Notes: generated from the sequence alone by a model not told the origin. Shown: positions 10,358 to 20,585, counted from the stretch's first letter. The stretch is 38,350 nucleotides of DNA from an uncultured bacterium (GCA_963843795.1 CAWJLW010000004.1:62001-100350); one strand, 5' to 3'. Made by a program: numbers and translations.

Positions 10358-11455
10358 TTACCAACCGTGATGCGGTTCTTTTTTGGCCGTGCCCAGTGGC
10401 ACATAGCGAATATCGGGCACGGCGCCGCAGGGACGCTTGGGCAACATCCTATCCATGATCAGATCGGTGGCCGCTGCGCCGCTGAGAAACTCAGTGGCGC
10501 CCAGATGGCTGATCGGACTGAAACCGTCCAAACTTTGGGGCTGTTCCATCGAGGCGGTTTGGGCCGCGAAATAGATCGCGCACGCGCGCGCATCGGCCAG
10601 ATAACGTGCGACACCTTCTGGTGCCTGCACGCGTTTATCGTTGGCCCACTGCGCGCCGAGCCGCAGCTGGGCATTGGCCGCGGGGTGTTTGCTCAGCGAC
10701 AAACAGCCCGCATCGCCCAGCGCGCGCAGATTGCGATAAGCCGCGCTGACTTGCCCCTCGGCGAGGTCGCCGGAGAACGCATGGACACCACGACGCGACA
10801 GCGCGGAGATCATATCGGGTTTGCAAAACGCTTTGTCGAAGGTGATGTAGCGAAAGCTGGCCAATCGCGACACATCGGTGATGGTTTGTTCGACATCGTT
10901 CCACTCAAACATCTCACCGTTATCGCGCTCGTTCCAGTCGCACACCAAATCTTCATAGACCTGACCGATTTCGCGCGAAAACGCCGCGCTTTGCCCGTTT
11001 TGGTCCACGGTTTCCCAGCTCACCAGGCGTCCCGCAAGTACTTGCACGGTCTGTAATTCACTGGCCAGCCCGGTCGGACCGATGAACTGGTACTGATAGG
11101 TGCCCGGTTCGAGCCATAGCGCGTGGCGACCGTTGTCATCGGTTGTGGTTTCGGCGATCAGCTTGCGACGCGGCGCTTTACGTCCCGCGTGCGCGCCAGA
11201 ATTCTGGTTATCGGCGCACTGCATTTGAAAATACTGCACCGGCACACCGGCCAGCGCCAATCCGTTGTGGTCGCGGCACACATCGCCCGCGTAACCATCA
11301 TCGGGTATCGAGTCGAGGCCCAGGCAGGGATAGCGCCCGTTTTCGACGTGCACGACGACCAGACCCACGGCATCGCCGGTTGGAGAAGCGGAGACGTGCC
11401 CGAAATACGCCGCATGCGGGCGATTCACAAACGCTGAAAGATCAACATCACGCAT
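10358..11455 (-). CDS. Terminase C-terminal nuclease (RNase H-like)-related protein, apparently catalytically degenerate, with an inserted beta-sandwich segment
   Basis: YFGHVSASPTGDAVGLVVVH...RYITFD...AYRNLRAL...HP...ARYLADARACA follows the TerL-C pattern (HxDla..gD..g; vtfD; skDiaDA), but two of the Asp positions are substituted. Confidence 0.5.
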   Translation of the reverse strand: MRDVDLSAFVNRPHAAYFGHVSASPTGDAVGLVVVHVENGRYPCLGLDSIPDDGYAGDVCRDHNGLALAGVPVQYFQMQCADNQNSGAHAGRKAPRRKLIAETTTDDNGRHALWLEPGTYQYQFIGPTGLASELQTVQVLAGRLVSWETVDQNGQSAAFSREIGQVYEDLVCDWNERDNGEMFEWNDVEQTITDVSRLASFRYITFDKAFCKPDMISALSRRGVHAFSGDLAEGQVSAAYRNLRALGDAGCLSLSKHPAANAQLRLGAQWANDKRVQAPEGVARYLADARACAIYFAAQTASMEQPQSLDGFSPISHLGATEFLSGAAATDLIMDRMLPKRPCGAVPDIRYVPLGTAKKEPHHGW

Positions 11456-11547
11456 AATTTTGTTTGCAAAACGCTGTGTGGCAAGTACTTGTCCGCAAGT
11501 CTTTAGTCGGCAAGTCTTAGTCCGGCAAGTCCTAGTCCGGCAAGTCC

Positions 11548-14500
11548 TTAGTCCGGGCGCACGACTTTACTCATCCAGTCATCATCGACCACCGAACTCG
11601 CCGTCATCACACCCGCAAAGCGCTTGATTCCCGTCACCGAAGCGTCCACCGCGTCATCTTTATTCGACAGGGGAAACGTCAGCAATTGCCCGAGCCACTG
11701 GCGCGTTAGATAGTCATCAATTGATACCAGTCGCACCGAGCGTCCTTTACAAAAACTCAGCACGCTTTTGGCGTTTGCTTCTTTTTTCAAACCGACTGGT
11801 GCAAAGGGCAGCGGATGAAAGGGCGGTGCCTGCACAACAGTTTGCCACTCGTCCTCGGTCCAGCCGACCGGCGTTTTCCAGTCGAAAGCTTCGGGCTGAT
11901 GACCAGCGCCGAGATGCTTTTGATATTCGATTTCGCGCGCGCGCCGATGCGCGCCCAGACGACGCGAGTATTGCACAACCGCGGTGGCATTTGAAGCGCC
12001 CTCTTCGATGGGCGAACCCTGCAACGCCGCGCCCACGCGCACGCGCCACTCCGCCCAGGTCAGGAGCACTTTTTTCTCGACTTCGGGCACTTCCATCTTC
12101 TCCAGGACCAGCGGCACCAAGTAGACGTAACCGTCCTCGGCCATCGCCACCAGACAGCCCGCCGAGTTGTCGTTTTTGGCTCCGGCTTTGGCGGCTGTAT
12201 CCCAGCACAAATAGGCTTCGATCAAGTTCTGGCCAAAAACGAGGGACTTGTCCCAGAAGGTTTTGCCTTCGGGATCGGGACAGAACATTTCGGCCTTGAA
12301 CATATTGCCCTGCATCGGCGTGGGCCGTTGCTGGTGCTGTCCCACAAAGTCTTCCTGCAACTGTTCTTCGGCTTCATCGAGGGCTTCTTGATTGAAGAAC
12401 TGCGGAAACAACAGCTCGCGCTCGGTCGTGCGCGGATCACGACCATACTGGGCGTATTTTGGATAGTTGACCAGACAGGTTTGAAAGGCGTGCTCCGGCT
12501 CAAAATACGAGGGCAAGCACACATGCTCGTAAGGAATGACCTTGTTTTTTAGAGACGTGCGCCGCTGGATCGTCACAGTTGTGCGCAGTGATCAGATTGC
12601 ACACGAAATCATGGCAGGGTGTTTCGATGTCATATACCGACCCCTCGTAAAAATCGACTTCGATACTCTTGATCTTGACCAGAAGCCGGTTGCCGTCGAT
12701 CTGATTTTGCTGCGCTCGTTTGAAAACAGGGGTTTTCGCTGTTGTTGGATCAATCCAAGGAGCTTCAAATGAGCGCAAACGAAGCTCCCATGAAACGCGT
12801 CCTTTCACATATTGTCCGGCGTTTACACCTGATTGAATCACCGACACGCACGGCTTTTTGCGAACAGCCATCACGGACGCCACGATTCCCAAGCGCAAAA
12901 GCGCGCGCTGAACCCCCGACAGCAAATCCAGAGAAGAAGATGCGATGCGCCAATTACCTTTGGTATCCAAGCAGCCATCGCCGCGCCAATAGCCGATAAT
13001 GAGTTGCTGCAAAAATTCTTTGGGTAGACAAATCGCCCACTCAGGCAGCGACTTATGGTTTGCGCCAACCCCAAACTGCTCCAAGAATTGTGCAATTTGC
13101 CAGGAAGCAAAAGAAACTTGTAATGCTCCCGGGGCCTTGGAGATGCACAAAGGAATTTCGTATTGAGCAAGAATTGATTTCAAGTCCTCGACGAAATCGG
13201 TTTCTTTGTCGGAAAAAGTCAGGCGCACTCGGTCATGCACGCCGCGCCGCCCCTTGCCTAAACACCCTTCAGCCAACCAATAGCCGACCAATCGCCAAAA
13301 ATTGGGATTCGTGACAGCAGAAGCTGTCACGAAGCGCGCGGTGCGACGCGACAAACCATAAGCCGCGACATAATTATCAATCGACTGGCGGTTTTTGAAA
13401 CCGTAAATTTCAGCGATTTCACGACTGCTTTTTCCTTGTCCCAGCCACCGAACTAACTCGTCTTTGGGCACACGTCCCCGAGAGCCGGAAACCCGATGAA
13501 TTTTCTTAGGTGGAGACGAATCTGGCAGAGCGGGCCACAATCGAAGCAACTCAGCGCACGAAGTTTCGCCTTGGGGTAACGGATACACCAATGTATCTCC
13601 GACTTTTAAATCTTTGCCTTCTTTCCAACCCTCTGTGGTCAGCAGACGATGCTCTGGAGTAATACCTAAACTTTCGGAATGTCCAAAAGTTTTGATGTGA
13701 AGCACATCGCCAGAATGATCATGTACCCAGCGATTACGAACCGTTTGCACTCCCGCTGAAGTCAAGACATCATCGCCAACGCAAATTTCATCTGCCCTTA
13801 TCGTTCCCATTGCAGTATTTATTTTACTGCTGGGAAGCAGACAATGCAAGCGCTGCATGATCATCACAATCGCGCCAGTTTGGGGATTGGCCAGACGCGA
13901 AGCAGCGGCTTTACTCACCCAGCGGTTGGCCTCTTCGCGCTTGAGTTCGCTGGTGGCATCCATCACTTGTAAAGCGTCATCGATGGCGACGACATTCCCA
14001 CGAAAGCCAGTCGTCGCGGCCCCAACCGAAACCGCGCGCCGCATCCCGGTTGCCGAATTGGTGTAGAACTGCTTGGCGTTGGTGTCGGTGCGAATCTTCC
14101 AATCGGGCTTGAAGGTGTCCTGATACCACTGGCTCATCACCAGGTCTTTACATTTGCCCGAGTCGCGGATCGCCAGACCCAAACCCGAACTGGCGCACAG
14201 CATGCGCCAGTTCGGCAGATGCAGCCAGACCCACGCGGGCCACATCACCGACACCAGCATCGACTTGGCATGACCAGGCGGGACGTTTATCAAAAGCCGA
14301 CGAATCAAACCTTCGCTAACCGCTTCGAGATGCGCGCAAATGCAGTCGATGTGCCAGTTCCAGGTGAGCGGTGTGCCCGGTTCAAGCTCCTCCCACGCCC
14401 CGCGCACGAAGTCTGTCAGCGAGATGATCGGGTTTTCAAAGGGATTGAATTCGGGCAGGATGCCAGCAGCGGCATCGGCGGCGGCTTTTTCCAGGCGGGC

Positions 14501-14698
14501 TTGCTCAATGCGCTCTTCAGCGCGCATTTGCTCTTCGGCTTCAATTTGCAACAATTTCGATCTGAGGGCACGCGACGATACCACGATGCGGCGCGGCCTC
14601 TGACGCATCTCTAGAGATGTTTCCGGTTTCGTAATGCCGATTTCAGCTTCAGTCGGAGATGAATTGTTCGAGGAGGATTTCAAACCACTCTTTACCAT
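11548..14698 (-). CDS. terL: Terminase large subunit with intein; +1 frameshift at ~12553
   Basis: Walker A INVPPGHAKS, Walker B VAIDD and the IMQRLH motif. The nuclease domain (CWDTAAK...KDDAVDA) is in ORF 11548..12576. Removing one base gives ...AHVLKNKVIPYEHVCLP. Confidence 0.9.
12578..13843 (-). mobile_element. Intein (422 aa) with LAGLIDADG homing endonuclease in terL
   Basis: N-terminal CLLPSS, block B ITPEHRLL, LAGLIDADG motifs LVGYWLAEG and IIGYWRGDG, C-terminal VYDIET...AHN followed by Cys+1. It interrupts QRLH|CDD and is visibly more AT-rich than its flanks. Confidence 0.93.
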
Positions 14699-14736
14699 TG
14701 GGATTTCTCAAGGCGTCCATTTGCTTCGGGGGACAA

Positions 14737-15519
14737 TTTATTTCAGATCCAATTTGGAGTAGAGTGTTTGCAGTTTGCGTTCGGACAAGCTGCCGCGCTG
14801 GCGGTCGCCGACTTCTTTGGCCAGGTCATCGAGGCTGCTGCGATATTCGGAGATCAACGCGGAGTTAAAACGTTCAATATCGACGCGCTGCATCGTTTCG
14901 CCATCTGCCGACTTGCTTCACATCTTGCAGCCAGACATTATGATACGGCCGCACCAGATCATCGGTGGTGCACCGTCACGTTGCATATCACATTCGGGAC
15001 ACAGCACATCGATCTTGCGCCCGCGCTCGATGCCTTGCTCAAAGACCTGATCGTGCAAAAAGTGGCTCAGTTGCTTGAGACTATCGATGCGCTCGTAATC
15101 CTGGGCCACGCCATCATTATAGACCTGCGTGCGTTGGGCGCTTTTGAGTTCATCTTCGTCAGTGTCGAATTCAGCGCGCGCACGGCCAATGGGCCGACCA
15201 GTCGTGAACTTTTCCGACCAGCGACGCAGGGTGTCATGACTCTGCGTGGGTGTGGCGTTCTGTGGCGTTTTGAGGTATTTGTGGCCAAACCTCGCACGCT
15301 ACGACCGGCGCCCATGCGCAAATAATCATTGCACGCCAGAATCGCCGTCGGCGGATTCGCTGCTTTGTACTGAACCGGCCGAACGAGCAAGGCAGGTCTC
15401 GACGTCTTGGTTGTGCGGGTAGGCCTTTGCTGCGCCGTTTTGGTTTTGGTCGGGGCTTTGTTGCGCTTGGTTTGGCTGGTGTTGGAGTCGGAGTTGGAAA
15501 TTTTGGGTTTCATCATCAA
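14737..15519 (-). pseudogene. Terminase small subunit candidate, multiply frameshifted
   Basis: Lies directly upstream of terL. Fragments across frames read ACNDYLRMGAGRSVRGLA, TLRRWSEKF, YHNVWLQDVKQ and RVDIERFNSALISEYRSSLDDLAKEVG. Confidence 0.55.
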
Positions 15520-15932
15520 GGAGTGAAATCTGTCACTTTAAGCTGTTTGCGGGCATACAATTGAATTTCGAGAGCGTTGGGCACCTGGGTTTCTGGCACT
15601 TGCACTTTGACCTGCATCCCGTTTTCCGCGCCATCGCGCATCACGCCATCGCGCCCTTTGGCCAGTGAACCCTCGAAAGTGAACCGTGGTGCACTTTGTC
15701 TCGCTTTGCGCTTTGGGACGCCCGCTTCATTCGCCCGTGCGGTTTCAACCACTGCGATCTCAAAGCGTAGCGGACGCAGAATCCACATTTGAAGGCGAAT
15801 CGCGTTGCCCATCTCGCTTTCGGGAATTTCCAGCTTGATCACCATTCCGCTGCCGTCAGTCGCGCGCATCACTGCCGACTTGAGCGGTGGCAAAGCAGCC
15901 AGGAAAGTAAGTGAATTCACAGAATCAGACAT
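15516..15932 (-). CDS. Hypothetical protein with an internal two-fold repeat
   Basis: From MSDSVN. GMVIKLEIPESEMGNAIRLQ resembles GMQVKVQVPETQVPNALEIQ. The stop overlaps the next start. Confidence 0.6.
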   Translation of the reverse strand: MSDSVNSLTFLAALPPLKSAVMRATDGSGMVIKLEIPESEMGNAIRLQMWILRPLRFEIAVVETARANEAGVPKRKARQSAPRFTFEGSLAKGRDGVMRDGAENGMQVKVQVPETQVPNALEIQLYARKQLKVTDFTP

Positions 15933-16252
15933 AAAGCAAAAGGGCAAAACAGAAACACAAAACGCCGCTGCAAGTACTTGCAGCCAAAGGGCTAAAAATA
16001 CTTTTTGCAGCGGCGTAATGCCAATCAAATGGTCGTAATTCAATTATACCCTGCCACGCTCACCAGGCGCAGACGGGTTCCATACGCGCACGCACGCTAC
16101 ACACTCACGCGCCCACAGCACCCACACCCGCGCAGCTTGTTGAGATTGAGAACCATAAGTGAAAACCATAACCTGAGAACCATAAGTGGAAGCACCAAAG
16201 CGCGCTGCAACTGCAGCGCGCTTCTCTTATATAAGGATGGAAACCCAAAAAC

Positions 16253-16558
16253 TTAACCCAGATTGGGCGTATGGGCGAGCGTGCCATCGGGCTTGACCAT
16301 CGTGTAATGTGCCTGGTCACAAAAGCGGCCCAGGCACACTGACCATTCGATGCGTCCTTTGCCGCGATGGGTCGGATACAATCCGACGCGGCCATAGCGC
16401 AGAAACAGGAACACACCGCGCTCGTCATTGCGATCTCGACACGACGCGCAAAACACCGCTTCGGGTTTCAGATGCCCAATGCGCAACAATTGCAGAACGC
16501 GCGCGGAAGGTCGTTTCTCAAAGGGAAGTTCCTGTGAAGGCAATTGCTGTGAAGGCAA
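16253..16558 (-). CDS. Hypothetical protein (Cys-containing, possible Zn-binding)
   Basis: CASC and CLGRFC motifs; operon direction. Confidence 0.45.
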   Translation of the reverse strand: MPSQQLPSQELPFEKRPSARVLQLLRIGHLKPEAVFCASCRDRNDERGVFLFLRYGRVGLYPTHRGKGRIEWSVCLGRFCDQAHYTMVKPDGTLAHTPNLG

Positions 16559-17285
16559 TTGCTGTGAAGGTAGTTGTTGTGAAGGTCGTTGTTGCGGAGC
16601 CGAAGTGGGTGACGAAGTGGGTGATAGTGGACGCGGGTAAAATAGTGGACACGATTCATTCCTTCAATTGCAGGATGAATCTCATTTTGTTGAATGCTGT
16701 GGCAGCTGGCAAACTCAATTGCGGATCGTGAGCAGTTCAAAAGCGAAACGTTAGCGTTGCAGAGCGATTTTTTTTTGCTGGCGCAATTGGCTCACCGAGG
16801 GGCGCAAAACGTGGCGCGCGATCAGGCGCGCGGCCAGAGGCGAAAAATGCTGGGGTTCCACATCGTCCAGAGGCGTGACCAGCTTTTGCGTCGAAGGCTC
16901 GACAGCGCAACGCCAACTGCGCACGACGCACCGCATCATAGGAAACAGAAAGGGCTTGAGCGATCTCACACAAAGTGAACACGCTCTCGCTATCGGGAAA
17001 GCATTTTTGCAACGCGCCCAACTGATCGGCATTGACCGGCATTGGCATTGGTCATGGCGTTGTAGTTTAACAATTGAAAGGCGCACGATTATGCCACATT
17101 CGATCAAAAGCTACCACCCGATTTATCGACGAACCCGTCAAACCACTAAGACATAAAGGCCAATGTTCACCTTGAGATTAAGCTGCACAGAATAAGGATA
17201 CTCTGTAGCATAGACCGGAAAAGTTTACAAAGAACCGCCAAATACCTTGACGGATGACCTCACTTGTACGGATGACCTCAGTTGT

Positions 17286-17300
17286 CTTGTTGTGCCGGTG
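17286..17300 (-). repeat. Truncated attC (R'' only) ending the TA cassette
   Basis: Minus-strand CACCGGCACAACAAG. Its reverse complement GTTGTGCCGGTG matches the cassette start GTTCTGCCGGTG (17914-17925) at 11 of 12 positions. Confidence 0.65.
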
Positions 17301-17317
17301 TAGGTATTTCGCGCTGC

Positions 17318-17662
17318 TCATATCGGAATGTGCGACTGTAAAAGATGAATGACCGCATTGGCAACTTTACGAAACGAATCGTCTTTAAGCTTGCCGATTT
17401 GAGTGACCATCAGACTCTGATTTGCCGTGAAGATTTTGCCTGGACGTGCGTAGCTAGTGAGGTGCAAAGAACCGCTGACAAAATCCTCGTCCTCAATCTG
17501 AACGGCACTTATATCCGAATAGGATTTGCTCGTTAGCTGACACAATATCCAATCGCCGCGACCGGAATCCGCTAGGACGATGGCCGGACGCAATTTAGAA
17601 CTCGATAAATCCGAGAAGGGAAACAAAACAGTGACGACTACGCCTGCTGAAGGTGTGACCAC
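17318..17662 (-). CDS. PemK/MazF family toxin
   Basis: VLFPFSDLSSSKLRPAIVL...ILCQLTS signature. Confidence 0.9.
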   Translation of the reverse strand: MVTPSAGVVVTVLFPFSDLSSSKLRPAIVLADSGRGDWILCQLTSKSYSDISAVQIEDEDFVSGSLHLTSYARPGKIFTANQSLMVTQIGKLKDDSFRKVANAVIHLLQSHIPI

Positions 17663-17853
17663 GCTTCATCCTCCTCAGGCCGATTCCAATCTGCGGCGAG
17701 GGCCACTTCACTCAGTAAGGCTGTTTCCGTTTTGTCTGTTGCCGGTTGCTCCAATATCGTCACAAGAGCGCGACGCGCAGAAGGAAGGTGTACTTCCTCC
17801 AATAGGCTGACACTGCCGTTTTCGTCAATCAAGGCTTCAATTGTTTGTATCAT
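17638..17853 (-). CDS. Antitoxin partner of the PemK/MazF toxin
   Basis: 71 aa, MIQTIEALIDENGSV...LLSEVALAADWNRPEEDEAWSHL. AGGAGG RBS and an extended -10 (TGgTAAAAT) upstream; overlaps the toxin start. Confidence 0.8.
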   Translation of the reverse strand: MIQTIEALIDENGSVSLLEEVHLPSARRALVTILEQPATDKTETALLSEVALAADWNRPEEDEAWSHLQQA

Positions 17854-17918
17854 CGGTGGCCTCCTGCACCATATTTTACCATTTCGGCGTTTTGGTGACA
17901 CGAAAGCCACGCGCACCG

Positions 17919-18014
17919 GCAGAACACAGTATCTCACCCGCCGCCGGAAGCGGAATGAGTGAAGTGAGGAACGAACGAAACGAATGGAGCTGTAGGCGGT
18001 CGGGTGCAGCGCCT
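17919..18014 (-). repeat. attC site (main part), interrupted by IS110; its R'' end lies at 19318-19326
   Basis: With the IS removed, the minus strand reads GCAGTAACAAGGCGCTGCACCCGACCGCC...GGCGGCGGGTGAGATACTGTGTTCTGC, a typical attC fold with extrahelical bases. Confidence 0.8.
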
Positions 18015-18029
18015 CATAGGTTAACTATG

Positions 18030-18200
18030 GCTTGGCATCAGCAACGGGAGAGAGCACGATGCAGCGCCAGAAGCGATCGACCTTCGATTGACTTCGCGAA
18101 CAAGAGGATGCGCCCGTTGCCGGTGACTATTTATCTCGAACAGTCTCTGGAAACCAGCTCTAATCGAAGAACACGCTGAGATTTCGACTGAGTGAGGGAG
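18030..18200 (+). ncRNA. Bridge RNA of the IS110 element (boundaries approximate)
   Basis: Target loop: TGCAGCGCC (18060-68) and AACAAG (18099-104) flank an inner hairpin and are closed by GCAACGGG/CCCGTTGC. Donor loop: ACAGTCTCT (18140-48), identical to the right end at 19309-17, and TGAG (18189-92). Confidence 0.8.
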
Positions 18201-18206
18201 CAGAAT

Positions 18207-19253
18207 ATGGACACCACGTCGCCTCAATTAAGCACCTGCTATTGTCGCACCCGTCGTTACCGCACCTGCCTCTATCTCCGCTGTTCCCATCGGACTTGAT
18301 GTCAGCAAAGACACGCTCGATGTCTGTTTGCTGGTAAGCGGCAAGCGCCATGAAAAACAGTTTGCCAACGAGGCTGCTGGTCATCGCCAGCTTCTGCGTT
18401 GGTCACAAGGCCTGGCCAAGAACCAACCCTGCCACTTTTGTCTCGAAGCCACCGGCCCGTATTCGCAAGAGGTCGCGTTGTTTTTGGTCGAGAAAGAGCA
18501 AAAGGTGAGTGTGATCAATCCGGCTCGCATCCGCTTCTTTGGACTGGCGCAGAATCAGGGCAACAAGACCGACAAAGCCGATGCACGATTGATCGCTCAT
18601 TATTGCCAGATGCAAAGCCCACCGCCGTGGCGTGTTGCTGCACCCGAAGTGCGCTTGTTGCAGGAGATGGTGCGTCGGCTTCATGCACTGAGTGACTTAG
18701 CGGCACAGGAGAAGAATCGTTCTCAAGTGCCCGGGCAAAGCAAAGCTGTTGCGGCCAGCAGCAAACGGGTGGTGGCAGCCTTGGAAAAGGAACTGTTGCG
18801 TTTGAAGCGCGAAGTGCGCGCTCATGTCAAAGCTCACGCGGAGTTAGGGCGCGATGCCAAGCTGTTGCAAAGCATTCCGGGCATCGGCGAGATCACCTCA
18901 TGGGACGTTCTGGCCGAGATGCCGGATGTGACGGAGTTTGACAGCGCCCAAAGTGCAGCGGCTTATGCGGATTGGCTCCACGCGAGCAAAGATCGGGCAG
19001 CAGTGTGAGAAAAGCGACCACGCTATCGAAGCGTGGCAATCGTCGTTTGCGCAAAGCGTTTTACTTCCCTGCGGTGACTGCGATGCAATGGAATCCCCTG
19101 GTCAAAGCGCACTACGAACGAATGAGGGAAAAGGGCAAGCCCAAGATGGTGGCTTTGGCGGCGTGTATGCGAAAGATGTTGATGATCTGCTACGGAGTGC
19201 TCAAACACCAGAAACCTTTCGATCCATCTTGGTCGAACGTAGCCGAAACTTAG
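18207..19253 (+). CDS. IS110 DEDD recombinase/transposase; frameshifts at ~18231 and ~18970
   Basis: IGLDVSK, CLEATG, KTDKADA, SIPGIG, AAYAGLAPREQRSGSS and KRGNRRLRKA; GAGGGAG RBS. Confidence 0.92.
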
Positions 19254-19338
19254 TATAAGAGACAAAATAACAGGCACAAAAAAACGCCAAGGGACACCCC
19301 TTGACGACACAGTCTCTTGTTACTGCGGTTGTTAGAGT

Positions 19339-19617
19339 TTAATGCCGTGTATTGGTCGGCATCGGCTCGATTCCACTCATAATCGCCCTATTGCTAATAC
19401 ATTTCATTAATACCCAATGTTTCGGGAGTAAAACTGCCGGACGCAAATAAAAGAATAAGCAATGGCGAAGAGAGCATAACTGAATCGTTCCACTTATCAG
19501 AGGACTTTGCAAAGAGGTAAATAGAAGCCGTTGCGAATCCAGCCATAAGGCAGATGCAAAAGGATGTTGGAGATCGTATGAAACATTTGTGTGAGTATAC
19601 ACTCTGCGTTTTTTCAT
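19339..19617 (-). CDS. Cassette ORF, hypothetical
   Basis: 92-aa ORF that fills the cassette between two attC sites; its stop is ~12 nt before R''. Confidence 0.4.
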   Translation of the reverse strand: MKKRRVYTHTNVSYDLQHPFASALWLDSQRLLFTSLQSPLISGTIQLCSLRHCLFFYLRPAVLLPKHWVLMKCISNRAIMSGIEPMPTNTRH

Positions 19618-19635
19618 CGCTAACGGACCAAGCCG

Positions 19636-19743
19636 CGCAGCATCGGCCTACTCAACTTTAGCTGCCGCCAACAGCGGCCAGAAATTGAATGGAGCAAGCG
19701 AAGTGAGATATCGCTGTTGGCGGTCAGATAAACGCTTTTTTGC
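19636..19743 (-). repeat. Degenerate attC site
   Basis: Hairpin CTGACCGCCAACAGCG...CGCTGTTGGCGGCAG; a direct-repeat homolog of 19865-19964. Confidence 0.6.
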
Positions 19744-19864
19744 TCTATATTTTTTTGAAGCGTAAGATACATCAGTGTCTAACAAGAGTTGAAGAAGGTG
19801 TAATTGTTTCAAGTTATCGTCGTGGCCAGGTGTGAATTTGACGAATATTAAAGAAAGTATCTGA

Positions 19865-19964
19865 CGCACATCGCTAACTCTACTGTGAAACAGGGCCAGA
19901 AAGTGAATGGAACAAGTGAAGTGAATACCGCTGTTGGCGGTCAGATACAACGCTTTGTTGTGCG
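19865..19964 (-). repeat. attC site (degenerate 3' arm)
   Basis: CGCACAAC-AAAGCGTTGTATCTGACCGCC... The R'' CGCACAAC is the exact complement of the cassette start GTTGTGCG at 20088-20095. Confidence 0.65.
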
Positions 19965-20088
19965 CTGATTAACGTTTGCGGTGAGAATCCGATCGAACTA
20001 TTTGAACGGTGAGTGCGAGCAAGCTTGGCAGTGTGCAAGTACCTGCGCCGCGCAATTTGAACAGAATTACCAAACGAAATTATAGGAC

Positions 20089-20195
20089 GCACAACGCTAA
20101 GTCCCGCCGCTGGAAGCGCCGAGACCGAGAAGGCGAGTGAACGAGCGAAACGGCGGCGCTGTTAGGCGGTCGGGTGCAGCGCCTTGTTCGTGTGG
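20089..20195 (-). repeat. attC site (empty copy of the IS110 target)
   Basis: CCACACGAAC-AAGGCGCTGCACCCGACCGCC...GCGGCGGGACTTAGCGTTGTGC; shares AGGCGGTCGGGTGCAGCGCCT with 17994-18014. Confidence 0.75.
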
Positions 20196-20585
20196 CTGTT
20201 GGAGAGTCGACTTCTGCTCTCGGTTGAGTGCCAAATACAGCAAATGAGCGAACACTACGCTTGTGCCTTCTTGCCGCTAGACTATGAAATGAATTACTAC
20301 GACCTTCAGGCGTAATCTCTCTTATCGGTGTATGTCGACGCCACAATGCAGATGAAATGCTCTAAACTGAGAACCTACCAAGAATAGCAGGCTTTTGATA
20401 GTAATTGAGTTCCTTCACGCGAGTGAATATGCGATGAACATAGCTGACTCTATAAGAACGCGTGACCCAGAACATATGCTCGTATGCACCAATGAAATTG
20501 TCCATACTGCTCGCATTTTACATCAGCTTTCAACTTGTAGGTCTGGTTGTCCGAACTGTTGCGCTCTGAGCCAAGCCGCGAGCCG

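Larger units (their letters stand above)
18013..19317 (+). mobile_element. IS110-family element (IS621-like organisation) inserted at a CT core
   Basis: CT at both 18013-14 and 19316-17. Removal restores TGCAGCGC-CT-TGTT, as in the empty attC at 20175-20188. Long left end (~190 nt), short right end with TTGACG at 19301, and no terminal IRs. Confidence 0.9.

Noticed and set aside
12545..12556. Programmed frameshift at the A6 run after the intein
   Set aside because: The required shift is +1; the -1 frame hits TAA. Similar indels occur throughout the window.
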